Positions 40,433 through 50,228 of a stretch of DNA of 64,000 nucleotides are shown piece by piece; positions within the stretch are counted from its first letter, which is position 1; every line of letters begins with the position of its first letter. The stretch is from the NCBI GenBank assembly GCA_036654235.1, contig JAVVSK010000004.1, forward strand, positions 21,259-85,258. Direction: 5' to 3'. A program made the translations under genes and the position numbers. The notes below the pieces were generated by a model. That model searched no databases. It was not told where the DNA came from and saw only the letters and a program-made list of their open reading frames with translations. Source of the stretch: Clostridia bacterium. GTDB lineage: Bacteria > Bacillota > Clostridia > Christensenellales > CAG-138.

Positions 40433-42802
40433 TTACGCTAAAATCAATTCAAGAAGCAAAGCCGCGTCTCCAGTATTTACAATGCTGTCCATATTTATAT
40501 CCGCAGCCTGCATAATTATATCGTTTTCTGCAATCAGTCCAACCGTAAGTTGAAGTATAGCCGAAACGTCACCGCTATTGACCGCGCCGTCACCATTTGC
40601 GTCGCCCAATTCAATCTCGCCGCCTCTCGTAAGAGTAACGTTATCGAGCCATGCAGCGTCGCGTCCCGTATTTCCCGAGCGATCCTTAACGTATATCCAT
40701 GTAAAATCATAAGTCCCGTTTTCAGGAACACAATAGTTTATATTTTGCCAATCAAGTCCGGCTCCGCCTATACGCGAATATAAAGTACCATTGACATAAA
40801 ACGCTATATAATCATAGTTCTCACTCTCAGAATCAGCGGTATAGTCAAACGCAAGTATATCTCCCGCGTCAAGGGTCAAATCGTTTAACGATATTGTTGT
40901 ACTCGTATTACCGAGCCCTGATATATCCGAAATAACGGCAATACGCCCTTCAAAAGTCGCTTCATCTACAAGCCACGGGTGAAGTCTATCGTTTTTAAAG
41001 CTCAGGGTTCCGTTTTCTGTATTGAGAGCGGCGCTTATCGGTGCGTCTATTAATGCGGAATCGATAACCGTAACAGCGGAAGACGCGGTAAAGCCGCCCT
41101 CTTCCGTAGTCGCCGTTATATTTACCGTTCCCGGAGCAACGGCCGTAACAAGACCAACTTCGTTTACGGAGGCGACATTTTCATTATCAGATGACCACGA
41201 AATATTCGTATTTGCAGCGTTCATCGGTTCAACAACGGCGTTTAATTGATACGTCATATCGTCGTATATGCTGATTTCGGTTGGGTTAACCGAAACACCC
41301 GTAACATCCGACGGAACGGCGGGTTCAACTCTTATATTGTCGATAAATCCACAGTCCTCACCGGTACTTGGAGATGTATCTTTCCAAAATGACCATGTGA
41401 AAGCATAGTTCCCGCTCGTTGGAATCGTATATTCATAGGTTAGCCAGCCCGTCTGCCCCGTAAGGTTCGCTGTATATGGAACGTTTGCGTAAAGAATAAA
41501 GCCATGGAACATATAGGTAGCGTCATTTTTCCAGTCGAACTTTACTTTACTTCCGGCAAGCAGATATCCCGCATCGAACGAAATAAGGGCATATTGATTA
41601 TTCCCATGCATCGTCGATTTTGCGGCTATGCGCCCGTCTCTTGCGACAACTTCATAAGGAAAAGTCGAACTGTTTGTAAAATTATAGCTGTTGTCTTTTC
41701 CGTTGCACGCGTCATTGAGCGTAAACTCGGATAGATGTTCAGGAGTTATAACGTGTACATTGCATTGTTTTGAAACGGCGGCGTATGCACTGGTAACTGT
41801 AACAACGGTATCTCCAATGCCCGTCGCCGTTAATAGTCCCCCATCGCCAACCGTAACGACGTTTTCATTATCGCTTAAATAAGTAACGCCGCGCTCCGCA
41901 GTCTTCGGCATAACATATGCTGAAAGCTGAGCGGTCTGATCAATTAAAAGATAAGCATCTTCGAGGTTCAGCGTCATAGATTCGGGTGGCATATGAACGT
42001 AGCCCTCCGGTTCGGCGTAAAGGCAGGTTACTTGCATATTGCTGCCATAGATATTTCCTATAACCGTCGCAGAGCCCGTTTCAATATTAACAGAGCAAAA
42101 TTTACTCTCTGTTGTATAGTAAGAAAGAAGAAGAGGCGCGGTTTTAACGCTCGCCCAATATAGCGTACCACTAGCATAATCCCAAGTCATAGACTGAAGA
42201 TTGTCCGCTTCAATTCCCGTCTCGCCGATTAAAGTTGCCGCACCGTTAGTCTTTGATAATGAATATAAAGAGCAATTCGCGCCTACGCTATAGAGCGTTC
42301 CTTCACCGCTACAAGCTAGGGTCAGCATATCGCCTATCCCGCTTATTCCGACAAGAGTCGTAGCCCCGTCCGTAAGCGAAACCATATAGAGGGAGTCGTC
42401 GAGAACAGCATACATAGTGTCCGTTGTATAATCATAAGCCATTTCGGAAGCATAGCTCGACCCAACGCTTAAAACCGTTTCAGAATAATCGGTCATATTT
42501 GTTTTCACAAATTCATAGGCGTTTTCTGCTGAATATCTATAAGCGTATACAAATCCATCATAATAATCTCCGGCAATAAAGCTATTCTGGACGAATCCGT
42601 TGTTAAAAGCCGCATCCTCCGGATTCCCGGCTGAAAACGAGATAAAACCATTCGGTCCACCCATATAATGCGAATCATGATAAAAAATCGAAAACGCATG
42701 CATGGTAGTTAATGTCGATTTTTCGGGCTCATTAGCGGTCGAAAAAGAAATGCAAAAGGTCAATAGAATCGTTGCCATTGCAAATGATATAAGTTTTTTC
42801 AT
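40433..42802 (-). CDS. Secreted modular protein: beta-propeller-like N-terminus, two (Big_2 + beta-sandwich) units, C-terminal dockerin
   Basis: Signal peptide; MAYDYTTDTMY and MTWDYASGTLY blades; SDNENV Big_2 twice; FTWxxxKD...xDNxx twice; GDANGDGAVNSGD...ADINMDSIVNTGD. Confidence 0.75.
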   Translation of the reverse strand: MKKLISFAMATILLTFCISFSTANEPEKSTLTTMHAFSIFYHDSHYMGGPNGFISFSAGNPEDAAFNNGFVQNSFIAGDYYDGFVYAYRYSAENAYEFVKTNMTDYSETVLSVGSSYASEMAYDYTTDTMYAVLDDSLYMVSLTDGATTLVGISGIGDMLTLACSGEGTLYSVGANCSLYSLSKTNGAATLIGETGIEADNLQSMTWDYASGTLYWASVKTAPLLLSYYTTESKFCSVNIETGSATVIGNIYGSNMQVTCLYAEPEGYVHMPPESMTLNLEDAYLLIDQTAQLSAYVMPKTAERGVTYLSDNENVVTVGDGGLLTATGIGDTVVTVTSAYAAVSKQCNVHVITPEHLSEFTLNDACNGKDNSYNFTNSSTFPYEVVARDGRIAAKSTMHGNNQYALISFDAGYLLAGSKVKFDWKNDATYMFHGFILYANVPYTANLTGQTGWLTYEYTIPTSGNYAFTWSFWKDTSPSTGEDCGFIDNIRVEPAVPSDVTGVSVNPTEISIYDDMTYQLNAVVEPMNAANTNISWSSDNENVASVNEVGLVTAVAPGTVNITATTEEGGFTASSAVTVIDSALIDAPISAALNTENGTLSFKNDRLHPWLVDEATFEGRIAVISDISGLGNTSTTISLNDLTLDAGDILAFDYTADSESENYDYIAFYVNGTLYSRIGGAGLDWQNINYCVPENGTYDFTWIYVKDRSGNTGRDAAWLDNVTLTRGGEIELGDANGDGAVNSGDVSAILQLTVGLIAENDIIMQAADINMDSIVNTGDAALLLELILA

Positions 42803-42948
42803 ATTACAATCCTCCGTGAAATGTTGATAATAACATTCTAATACATAGGATATTTTTTTTCAAACAATAAACAGTTATATACAAAAAATCCCGTTTTTTT
42901 GACAAAATTGCGGGATTAAATGATTTAAATTATAAAAAGATATGCACG

Positions 42949-43512
42949 TTATAGTCGAAAAGTATCTGAAATAACGGCGCTTAACGGAATATCATGCGCT
43001 TCGCAGGAGACTTGTTCTATAATTTGGCAAGAAAAACAAAAGCCACATGTAAAACTCCGCGCCTTATTGAGCAATCGATCGTAATATCCGGCACCTCGCC
43101 CAAGCCTATTATGAAATTTATCAAACGCCAAACCGGGCACCAATAAAAAATCTATATCATCCGTCGCTATCTCAATGGAACGATATCTATCCGGCTCTTT
43201 TATACCGTAAGCACCGTCAATAAACGCATCTCTTTCTTTCGGCGAAAGAAGCTTTAGAGAAAAGTCCTCAACGCATTTCGGGTAGACTAAGGTTTTCCCG
43301 AGTTTTATCGCTTCCTGCTCTATTAATTCGGGATTGCATTCGGATTTCATCGCCTTGTATATAAGGACGGTTTTTGCGCTTTGAAACTCGGGGGAAGCTA
43401 AAACGTTTAAAGAGGCGCGTTCAGAAGCGCGTTCTCTCTCCTCCTTTGACATAGCACGCAGGGCGATTTTAATCGCCCTGCGCTGTTCAATTTTATTTAA
43501 TTCGCTATTCAC
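42949..43512 (-). CDS. 5-formyltetrahydrofolate cyclo-ligase
   Basis: YGIKEP, VPGLAFD..HNRLGRGAGYYDR, HD. Confidence 0.93.
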   Translation of the reverse strand: MNSELNKIEQRRAIKIALRAMSKEERERASERASLNVLASPEFQSAKTVLIYKAMKSECNPELIEQEAIKLGKTLVYPKCVEDFSLKLLSPKERDAFIDGAYGIKEPDRYRSIEIATDDIDFLLVPGLAFDKFHNRLGRGAGYYDRLLNKARSFTCGFCFSCQIIEQVSCEAHDIPLSAVISDTFRL

Positions 43513-44669
43513 GGCTCGTAATGTACCATTTTACCGTCTATTATTGTCATCTTGCAGCGGGAACGAACGTCTAACGGGTGTCCGCTAAAAACTGCTATAT
43601 CCGCGTCTTTCCCTGGCTCAATACTTCCAAGGCGAGAATCAAGACCGATAACTTTAGCTGCATTTAATGTAATGCATTTTAACGCGATATCCTCGGGCAA
43701 GCCCTCTTTAACAGCAATCGACGCGCAAACGGACAAATATTGCTCAGGTATAACGGGAGAATCGGTCATCATTGCAAAATCTATGCCGTTTTCATAGAGT
43801 ATACGCGGTGCTTCAAACGTTAGATTTTTAAGCTCAACCTTACTTCTATCCGAAAGCAATGGTCCTATTATAATTCCAATAAGGTTGCCTTTTAGCGCTG
43901 CTTTGATTTCATCAGGAATCAGGTATCCTTCAGTACAATGGTCGAGAGTATATTTTATTCCAAATTCATTCGCTATCCGTATGGCGGTTAAAATATCGTC
44001 GGCGCGATGGCAATGGATCTTTAAGGGAATTTCGCCCTTTAATACCGGTATTAGAGGTTCAAGAGCGAAGTTTAGCTCGAATAGCTTATCCTTCTCCGCT
44101 TTTTCTTTCTTTTCAATATACTGTTTAGTATCGAAAAGAGCTTTTCTTAAAATTGAAGCGATCGCCATTCTAGTCATAGGAGACTTTTTTTGATCAGCAT
44201 AGACTCCCTTCGGATTTTCACCAAACGCCGCCTTCATAGCGATAGGTTCCTTTAATATCATATCCTCGACAGTGCCGCCCGATAGTTTTAAGGCAACGAA
44301 AGTTCCACCTATAACGTTTGCGCTTCCGGGCCCGGTTAAAACAGTTGTAACGCCCGCCTTCATAGCGTCTTTAAAGCAACGGTCAAACGGATTTATCGCG
44401 TCTATCGCGCGAAGAGCCGGAGTAAGCGGATCGGAACACTCGTTTACGTCTGTTCCTTCAAAGCCTATAGCATCCTCTATCATGCCTATATGACAATGCG
44501 CATCGACAAAACCGGGCGTTATACAGCAGCCGGTGAGATCAAAAACATCAGCGCCTGTATAATCGAGATTTTTACCTATGGCTACGATTTTTTTACCGTC
44601 AATAGCGACATCGCCAATAAATGGCTCGTTTGAAACTGGGAAAATTTTTGCGTTTTTAAGCAGTAACAT
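43509..44669 (-). CDS. Amidohydrolase family protein
   Basis: PGFVDAHCHIG, KAAFGENPK, IHCHRADD, TDSP, GSIEPGKDAD. Confidence 0.9.
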   Translation of the reverse strand: MLLLKNAKIFPVSNEPFIGDVAIDGKKIVAIGKNLDYTGADVFDLTGCCITPGFVDAHCHIGMIEDAIGFEGTDVNECSDPLTPALRAIDAINPFDRCFKDAMKAGVTTVLTGPGSANVIGGTFVALKLSGGTVEDMILKEPIAMKAAFGENPKGVYADQKKSPMTRMAIASILRKALFDTKQYIEKKEKAEKDKLFELNFALEPLIPVLKGEIPLKIHCHRADDILTAIRIANEFGIKYTLDHCTEGYLIPDEIKAALKGNLIGIIIGPLLSDRSKVELKNLTFEAPRILYENGIDFAMMTDSPVIPEQYLSVCASIAVKEGLPEDIALKCITLNAAKVIGLDSRLGSIEPGKDADIAVFSGHPLDVRSRCKMTIIDGKMVHYEP

Positions 44670-44787
44670 GTGTTTCTCCTTTCTTATTTAAGAAGCAGAT
44701 AATCCATACAGATAATAACACTGTTTTTTTGCATAAACAAGCGCAAAATGGTGACAATAAATACATAGATATGAAAACTCGTCCAAA

Positions 44788-44840
44788 TTCTACAAAAGAA
44801 AACATGATTCTTTGCAGGGTGCAAAATTTACGGGAAGAAT
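44788..44840 (+). promoter_or_regulatory. spoIIA promoter: sigma-H-like -35/-10 with an upstream 0A-box-like site
   Basis: GCAGGG-N17-GAAT (44814-44840); TTCTACA at 44788-44794 (reverse complement TGTAGAA, one mismatch to TGNCGAA). Confidence 0.55.
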
Positions 44841-44884
44841 AAGTAAGAGAAGCACAACTGAGAGAACTACAAAGGAGGGATTAT

Positions 44885-45187
44885 ATGGAATTTAGATGGT
44901 CGCAAAACGATAATAAACTCACCGTTTATTTAAAAGGAGAACTTGATCATCATAGCGCGGAACAAACCCGAATGGCGATTGATGCAACCCTTAGGGATAA
45001 ACGGATAACGAAACTCGTTATAGATATGCAGGGCGTTACCTTCATGGATAGTTCTGGTCTCGGCGTTATACTCGGAAGATATAATATTTTGAACGCGAGA
45101 AATGGCACTATCTCTATAACAAATGTAAACCGCAGTATTGATAGGATTTTCAAAATGTCTGGCATATATTCGATAATTAAGGACTGA
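44885..45187 (+). CDS. spoIIAA: Anti-sigma-F factor antagonist
   Basis: GELDHHSA, TFMDSSGLGVILGRY. Confidence 0.95.
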   Translation: MEFRWSQNDNKLTVYLKGELDHHSAEQTRMAIDATLRDKRITKLVIDMQGVTFMDSSGLGVILGRYNILNARNGTISITNVNRSIDRIFKMSGIYSIIKD

Positions 45188-45349
45188 AATAGGTGAAACA
45201 GTCTAAGCTAAACTTAGACTTGGCGAATCTTTGGATTTAATTCAGGTTTCCCCAATCAACCGAATGAGCCGGCGGATTGCGGATTTTTTTCAAACGCAAA
45301 TATTTAAACTTCAAGACTTACTTATAGAACTTATAAAAAAGGAGTACAT

Positions 45350-45787
45350 ATGAATAGAAACGAAATGCATTTATCTTTCTTGGGAAAATCGGAGAATGAG
45401 GGATTCGCGCGCGTCGTCGCGGCGGCTTTTGCAACTAAACTTAATCCGACAATAGACGAGCTTTCGGACATACGAACCGCCGTCAGCGAAGCAGTAACAA
45501 ACGCAATAATCCATGGATATGATAACAAGGCGAAGACCGTATATATGGACGGCGAAATCGAAGGCAATAAAATAACGATAGTTATTCGCGATAAAGGAAA
45601 GGGTATTGAGGATATAGAACTGGCCATGCAACCGTTTTATACTTCGCGCCCAAATATGGACAGAACCGGAATGGGCTTTTCGGTTATGCAGGCTTTTATG
45701 GATGAAGTGCAAGTTGAATCTATTCCCAATATCGGAACGAGCGTTACGCTAATAAAGCAAATAAAAGAGGCTGAAGGCGATGACTGA
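45350..45787 (+). CDS. spoIIAB: Anti-sigma-F factor / serine kinase
   Basis: ENEGFAR, TAVSEAVTNAIIHGY, GMGFSVMQAFMD. Confidence 0.95.
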   Translation: MNRNEMHLSFLGKSENEGFARVVAAAFATKLNPTIDELSDIRTAVSEAVTNAIIHGYDNKAKTVYMDGEIEGNKITIVIRDKGKGIEDIELAMQPFYTSRPNMDRTGMGFSVMQAFMDEVQVESIPNIGTSVTLIKQIKEAEGDD

Positions 45788-46529
45788 TTTTTCCCCCCTC
45801 GACCATGAACATGCACTTTTGCTCATAAAAAGGTCTCAGGAGGGCGACGAAGCCGCAACGGGTGAGCTCGTTCTAAGAAATATGGCTCTCGTCAAATCTA
45901 TAATAAAAAAATACATCGGGCGAGGCGTCGAATACGACGATCTATATCAGATAGGATGTATGGGGCTGATAAAGGCTATACGCAATTTCGATACCGGCTT
46001 TAATACGCATTTTTCGACCTATGCTGTTCCTATGATAGCAGGAGAAGTAAAACGTTTTTTGCGCGACGACGGTATGATAAAGGTTAGCCGATCCCTAAGA
46101 GAGCTATCAATACGCGCCGCCTCCGTCCGCGAAAGACTTGCGATAGAAACGGGAAAAGAGGCTAGTGTTAACGATATAGCAAGGGAACTTTTGGTCGAAC
46201 CCGAAGATGTCGCAATGGCTCTCGAAAGTTTAAGACCGCATATGTCTATATATGAACCCATGTATGGAGACGCGGCGGAGGATTCCTCCCTATATGTTGA
46301 CCGCGTCGTTTCAAACGATGCAACCGAAGAAGAGACGATAGATAAGGTGCTTCTCGAAACAGCGCTAAGTTCTTTAGATGACCGCGAACGCGGTCTAATC
46401 ATGATGCGCTTTTATCAGGAAAAAACTCAGAGCGAAATAGCGGATATACTCGGCGTTTCACAGGTTCAGGTTTCGAGACTCCTAACAAAAACCATAAAGA
46501 AAATGCGAGTTTTCGTTATAGGTCTATAA
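45780..46529 (+). CDS. sigF: Forespore sigma factor sigma-F
   Basis: DDLYQIGCMGLIKA, FSTYAVPMIAGEVKRFLRDDG, SQVQVSRL; third gene of the spoIIA operon. Confidence 0.92.
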   Translation: MTDFSPLDHEHALLLIKRSQEGDEAATGELVLRNMALVKSIIKKYIGRGVEYDDLYQIGCMGLIKAIRNFDTGFNTHFSTYAVPMIAGEVKRFLRDDGMIKVSRSLRELSIRAASVRERLAIETGKEASVNDIARELLVEPEDVAMALESLRPHMSIYEPMYGDAAEDSSLYVDRVVSNDATEEETIDKVLLETALSSLDDRERGLIMMRFYQEKTQSEIADILGVSQVQVSRLLTKTIKKMRVFVIGL

Positions 46530-46567
46530 TGAAAAGTGGCAATAGAGAGGAGATAATTAAAATTAAA

Positions 46568-46606
46568 TACAATTTGAGCGCCGGAATTCCGTGCGCTCAA
46601 ATTGTA
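46568..46606. terminator. Terminator between sigF and the convergent ABC operon
   Basis: TACAATTTGAGCGC...GCGCTCAAATTGTA. Confidence 0.7.
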
Positions 46607-46638
46607 AATCTACGAACAATATTTAGGAAGTCTTTATT

Positions 46639-48420
46639 TTAAGCCTCATCTATCCTATAGTTATCGGCTTGCGAATTGAAAAGCTTAGTGTATAGACTGT
46701 CGGACTTTTTTAAAAGATTAGCGTGCGTATCAAAATCAACTATCTTTCCTCCGTCTATAACGAGTATCTTGTCGCAAAATACGCTGCTCGACATGCGGTG
46801 ACTTATATAGAGCGCCGTCTTATTTTCAACCATCATGTTGAAGTTTTCGTATATATCTGCCTCCGCTAATGGGTCTAGGGCGCTAGTCGGTTCATCAAGT
46901 ATTACAAGGGAAGCATCCTTATAGAGAGAGCGCGCTATCGCTAACTTCTGATTTTCTCCTCCGGACATTTCTATTCCGTTTTCGTCAAAATTCTTACCTA
47001 TGAGCGAATCCGTACCTTTTTCAAGTTTGTCTATCTTTGTTCTAAGCCCCACGTCGTCTATTATCTTCTCCATACGGGGATCGCCCTTCTTCTTACCGGT
47101 TATGTTTTCCGTTATCGAATAGTTGAAAAGCTTATAGTCCTGAAATACGGCCGCTATGCTATCCATATAGCTCTCATATTCATAATCGTATATATCACGC
47201 CCGTTTATTAATATTCGTCCGCTGTCCACCTTGTAGAGCCTACATATTAGCTTAACGAGGGTCGTCTTCCCCGCACCGTTAAGTCCGACTATTGAAATTT
47301 TTTGACCTTTCTTAATAGAAAAACTTATGTCGTTTAAAACGATTGCGTTGGATTTCGGGTATGAGAATGTAACGTGCGAAAATTCAATACTCTCTATATC
47401 TTTTAAAATCAAATCGCCTTCGTTTTCGCTTTCGTTTGGTAGGCTCAAAAACTCAACCATTGGTTTCAAGTAATCCAGCATATAACGTATAGTTATTATG
47501 CTGTTTAAAAGATCATTAATCGATTTAGCAAAGCTAACGGCGCTCGAAACATACATCGTAAAAGAGCCTAAGCCTATAGTTCCGCCGAGAGCGTCGCTAA
47601 CAACGCGAATTCCGACATAGCCGTAAACACTGGCGGTTCTAAAATCGGTTATTATCGAATTAATAGCATTCAACCTAGCTTGCTTTTTATATAGAACTTT
47701 AAAATTTTCTACTATGTTTTTATTGAATTCGCATACCTTATTAGCTACCGTATCGCTCATTCCGTAGAGTCGATAGTCCTTTTGTGCTTCAAAATTATAA
47801 CATAAATTTACATAGTATCCATATTTCCTATTTATCGGTATTATATTTTTATGAAACTCAGCCTGATCTTTTTTAAAGCGCCAATATATAAATATGCTTA
47901 TACCGACGGTTATGATTAGGAATACAACAAATTCAACGCTGAGCGTTAGCATTATAGCCATTAAGCTCAATATAGTAATCGCGTTTTTCATAAACGAGGT
48001 AACGTTATTTATTAGCTGAAACATCGCCCCTTGATTCGTTATCGCAAAAAGTGCGCGTTCCTTAAGATCAAGGTAATACGGATCCTCAAGTAAACGATAT
48101 TCGACATTCATTATTTTCTTGCCCATATATTGCGTCATCTTATAATCCATATACCTCGCCTTTACGTCGAGAAAGCGCTTCATAGTCTTCGTTAAAAGAG
48201 CAAATATGAGGTTTGACACAACTATCGCGCCGCCAAAGATTATTAGCATAGTTATATCGCGCGCACCCATAAGTTCATCGATAAGATATTTCGGAATAAC
48301 GACATTCGTTAAAATTTGAAGCATCGAAAAAAACGAATTCCCTATGAGTAAAAATATATATGACTTTGATATTTTCCATCCGATTGAAAAAAACAATTTA
48401 AGCTTTTTAAAGTCATTCAT
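46639..48420 (-). CDS. ABC exporter, fused permease/ATP-binding subunit
   Basis: N-terminal TMs, GLNGAGKTT, MSGGENQK, LDEPT. Confidence 0.92.
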   Translation of the reverse strand: MNDFKKLKLFFSIGWKISKSYIFLLIGNSFFSMLQILTNVVIPKYLIDELMGARDITMLIIFGGAIVVSNLIFALLTKTMKRFLDVKARYMDYKMTQYMGKKIMNVEYRLLEDPYYLDLKERALFAITNQGAMFQLINNVTSFMKNAITILSLMAIMLTLSVEFVVFLIITVGISIFIYWRFKKDQAEFHKNIIPINRKYGYYVNLCYNFEAQKDYRLYGMSDTVANKVCEFNKNIVENFKVLYKKQARLNAINSIITDFRTASVYGYVGIRVVSDALGGTIGLGSFTMYVSSAVSFAKSINDLLNSIITIRYMLDYLKPMVEFLSLPNESENEGDLILKDIESIEFSHVTFSYPKSNAIVLNDISFSIKKGQKISIVGLNGAGKTTLVKLICRLYKVDSGRILINGRDIYDYEYESYMDSIAAVFQDYKLFNYSITENITGKKKGDPRMEKIIDDVGLRTKIDKLEKGTDSLIGKNFDENGIEMSGGENQKLAIARSLYKDASLVILDEPTSALDPLAEADIYENFNMMVENKTALYISHRMSSSVFCDKILVIDGGKIVDFDTHANLLKKSDSLYTKLFNSQADNYRIDEA

Positions 48421-50228
48421 AGTATAGCGTCCTCCTGATAGTATTTCCCCTGAACACTGAACATATTGAAATATTCTCCGCGTTTTTCCATCAATTCTTC
48501 ATGCGTTCCATATTCTTTTAAACCATCTCCGTCGAAAAATACGATATGATCGCAAAATTTTGTGCTCGCAAGTCTATGAGAGATATATATAGCGGTTTTA
48601 TTTGAAACGAGGTCGTCGAAATTTTTATAGATTTCTGCTTCCGCAAGAGCGTCAAGAGCTGCTGTCGGCTCGTCCAAAATAACCATGTTCCCGTCCTCAT
48701 AGAGTGCCCTTGCAATAGCTAACTTTTGCGATTCGCCGCCGGACAGCTCCGTCCCGTTCTCATCTATTATTTTCAGGAGCATTTGATCAAGTCCCTTATC
48801 GAAACTCTCTATCTTTTTATCAAGACCGACGCGTTTTAACGCGGATAACATGCGTTCTCTATCCATGTCCCCTTTAACGGCAATATTTTCCGCAACTGTA
48901 AACGCAAATATATTAACGTCCTGAAATACGACGGAGAACATTGAAAAAAGCGCCTCTTTAGAAAATTCTTTTTGATCTATTCCGTTTATTAATATTTTCC
49001 CCGATGTCGGTTCTAAAAGACCGGTTATAAGTTTCACGAGAGTGGTTTTCCCCGCACCGTTTATTCCTACCACCGCAAGTTTTTCTCCCTTATTTACCTT
49101 TAGGTTTATATTTTTAAATATCCAATTATCCGTATTTGGATATTTAAAGCTAATATCTTTAAGTTCAATTTCGAGTGTCTCGCCCTCTATTTTCTTTCTT
49201 TCGCCACCTTTTTCACCTAGGTCTTTATCGACAAACTCGAAAAAACTAACGACATATCTTCCTTCGCGAATTATATCACTTAGGTTCTCGCTGAGAATCC
49301 TCATCGTCGTCGATAGAGTTACCGCCGCCATTAGCCACATTGAAAAATCAGCAATAGACATTCCGTTAAGAACCCGCGATATTAAAACGAAATATATAAT
49401 TCCGTCGCTTAAAAGGAGCATAAGAAGATCAAAAAAAGCAAGTTTGTATTCTTTATTAGCGAATTTTTTCAGCACTGCTACGACGTTGATTATCTCATCG
49501 TCGTAATTTTTAATTATCCGATCCTTTAAATCGTATATGCGGATATCTTTACCAAACGAAAAGTCATAGGTCGTTCTATCGTAATAATTTCGTTTTCTAT
49601 CCATATGATTATATTCTTCGCGCAGTTTATACCTATATAAGCTCGAAGCGCGACTGACAAAGATACTTACAATTACGGATCCTGTTAGAATAAGGAGAAC
49701 GTATGGACTTAAAAATCCGATAAATACAGCTAAAAAAATTACGGTTAATACAAGGGGCGAAAGCTCATACATTTTTTTATAACATAGTTCGATGCCGTTA
49801 TTATCGCTATTCGTAGCCTCAAGTCCATTTTCGTTTTCTTCCCAAAATTTCGCATCCTCTATGTACTTATAGTCCATAGTCAAAAGTTTTGCGCAAAGAA
49901 TATAGATATAATCTATCCTTAGGTTTGACAATCTGTTTCCCACTACTGTATGAAGGTACGTTTTAATCGCACCGAGGGTTGCAGAAATTAGGAAGAATCC
50001 GACGACGATAGTTATTATGAGGGAAATATTCGCCGAAGAGCCTTTCGTTAATTCGTCTATTAACAGCTTAGGGAGTATAACTATTAAAAACGGGTATATG
50101 GTTTCGAAAAGCGTATATATGGCATTCGACAGAAACAACCACGGATCGTCTTTCCATTCTTTTTTTAATAATCGTATCATCGATGGAATGATTGACGCAT
50201 TTTCTTTTTTCTTTGTTTTATATTCCAT
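48417..50228 (-). CDS. ABC exporter, fused permease/ATP-binding subunit (heterodimer partner)
   Basis: N-terminal TMs, GINGAGKTT, LSGGESQK, LDEPT. Confidence 0.92.
   Translation of the reverse strand: MEYKTKKKENASIIPSMIRLLKKEWKDDPWLFLSNAIYTLFETIYPFLIVILPKLLIDELTKGSSANISLIITIVVGFFLISATLGAIKTYLHTVVGNRLSNLRIDYIYILCAKLLTMDYKYIEDAKFWEENENGLEATNSDNNGIELCYKKMYELSPLVLTVIFLAVFIGFLSPYVLLILTGSVIVSIFVSRASSLYRYKLREEYNHMDRKRNYYDRTTYDFSFGKDIRIYDLKDRIIKNYDDEIINVVAVLKKFANKEYKLAFFDLLMLLLSDGIIYFVLISRVLNGMSIADFSMWLMAAVTLSTTMRILSENLSDIIREGRYVVSFFEFVDKDLGEKGGERKKIEGETLEIELKDISFKYPNTDNWIFKNINLKVNKGEKLAVVGINGAGKTTLVKLITGLLEPTSGKILINGIDQKEFSKEALFSMFSVVFQDVNIFAFTVAENIAVKGDMDRERMLSALKRVGLDKKIESFDKGLDQMLLKIIDENGTELSGGESQKLAIARALYEDGNMVILDEPTAALDALAEAEIYKNFDDLVSNKTAIYISHRLASTKFCDHIVFFDGDGLKEYGTHEELMEKRGEYFNMFSVQGKYYQEDAIL

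Noticed and set aside
42949-43520. 6S RNA upstream of the 5-formyl-THF cyclo-ligase
   Set aside because: The gene overlaps the amidohydrolase stop, leaving no intergenic space.
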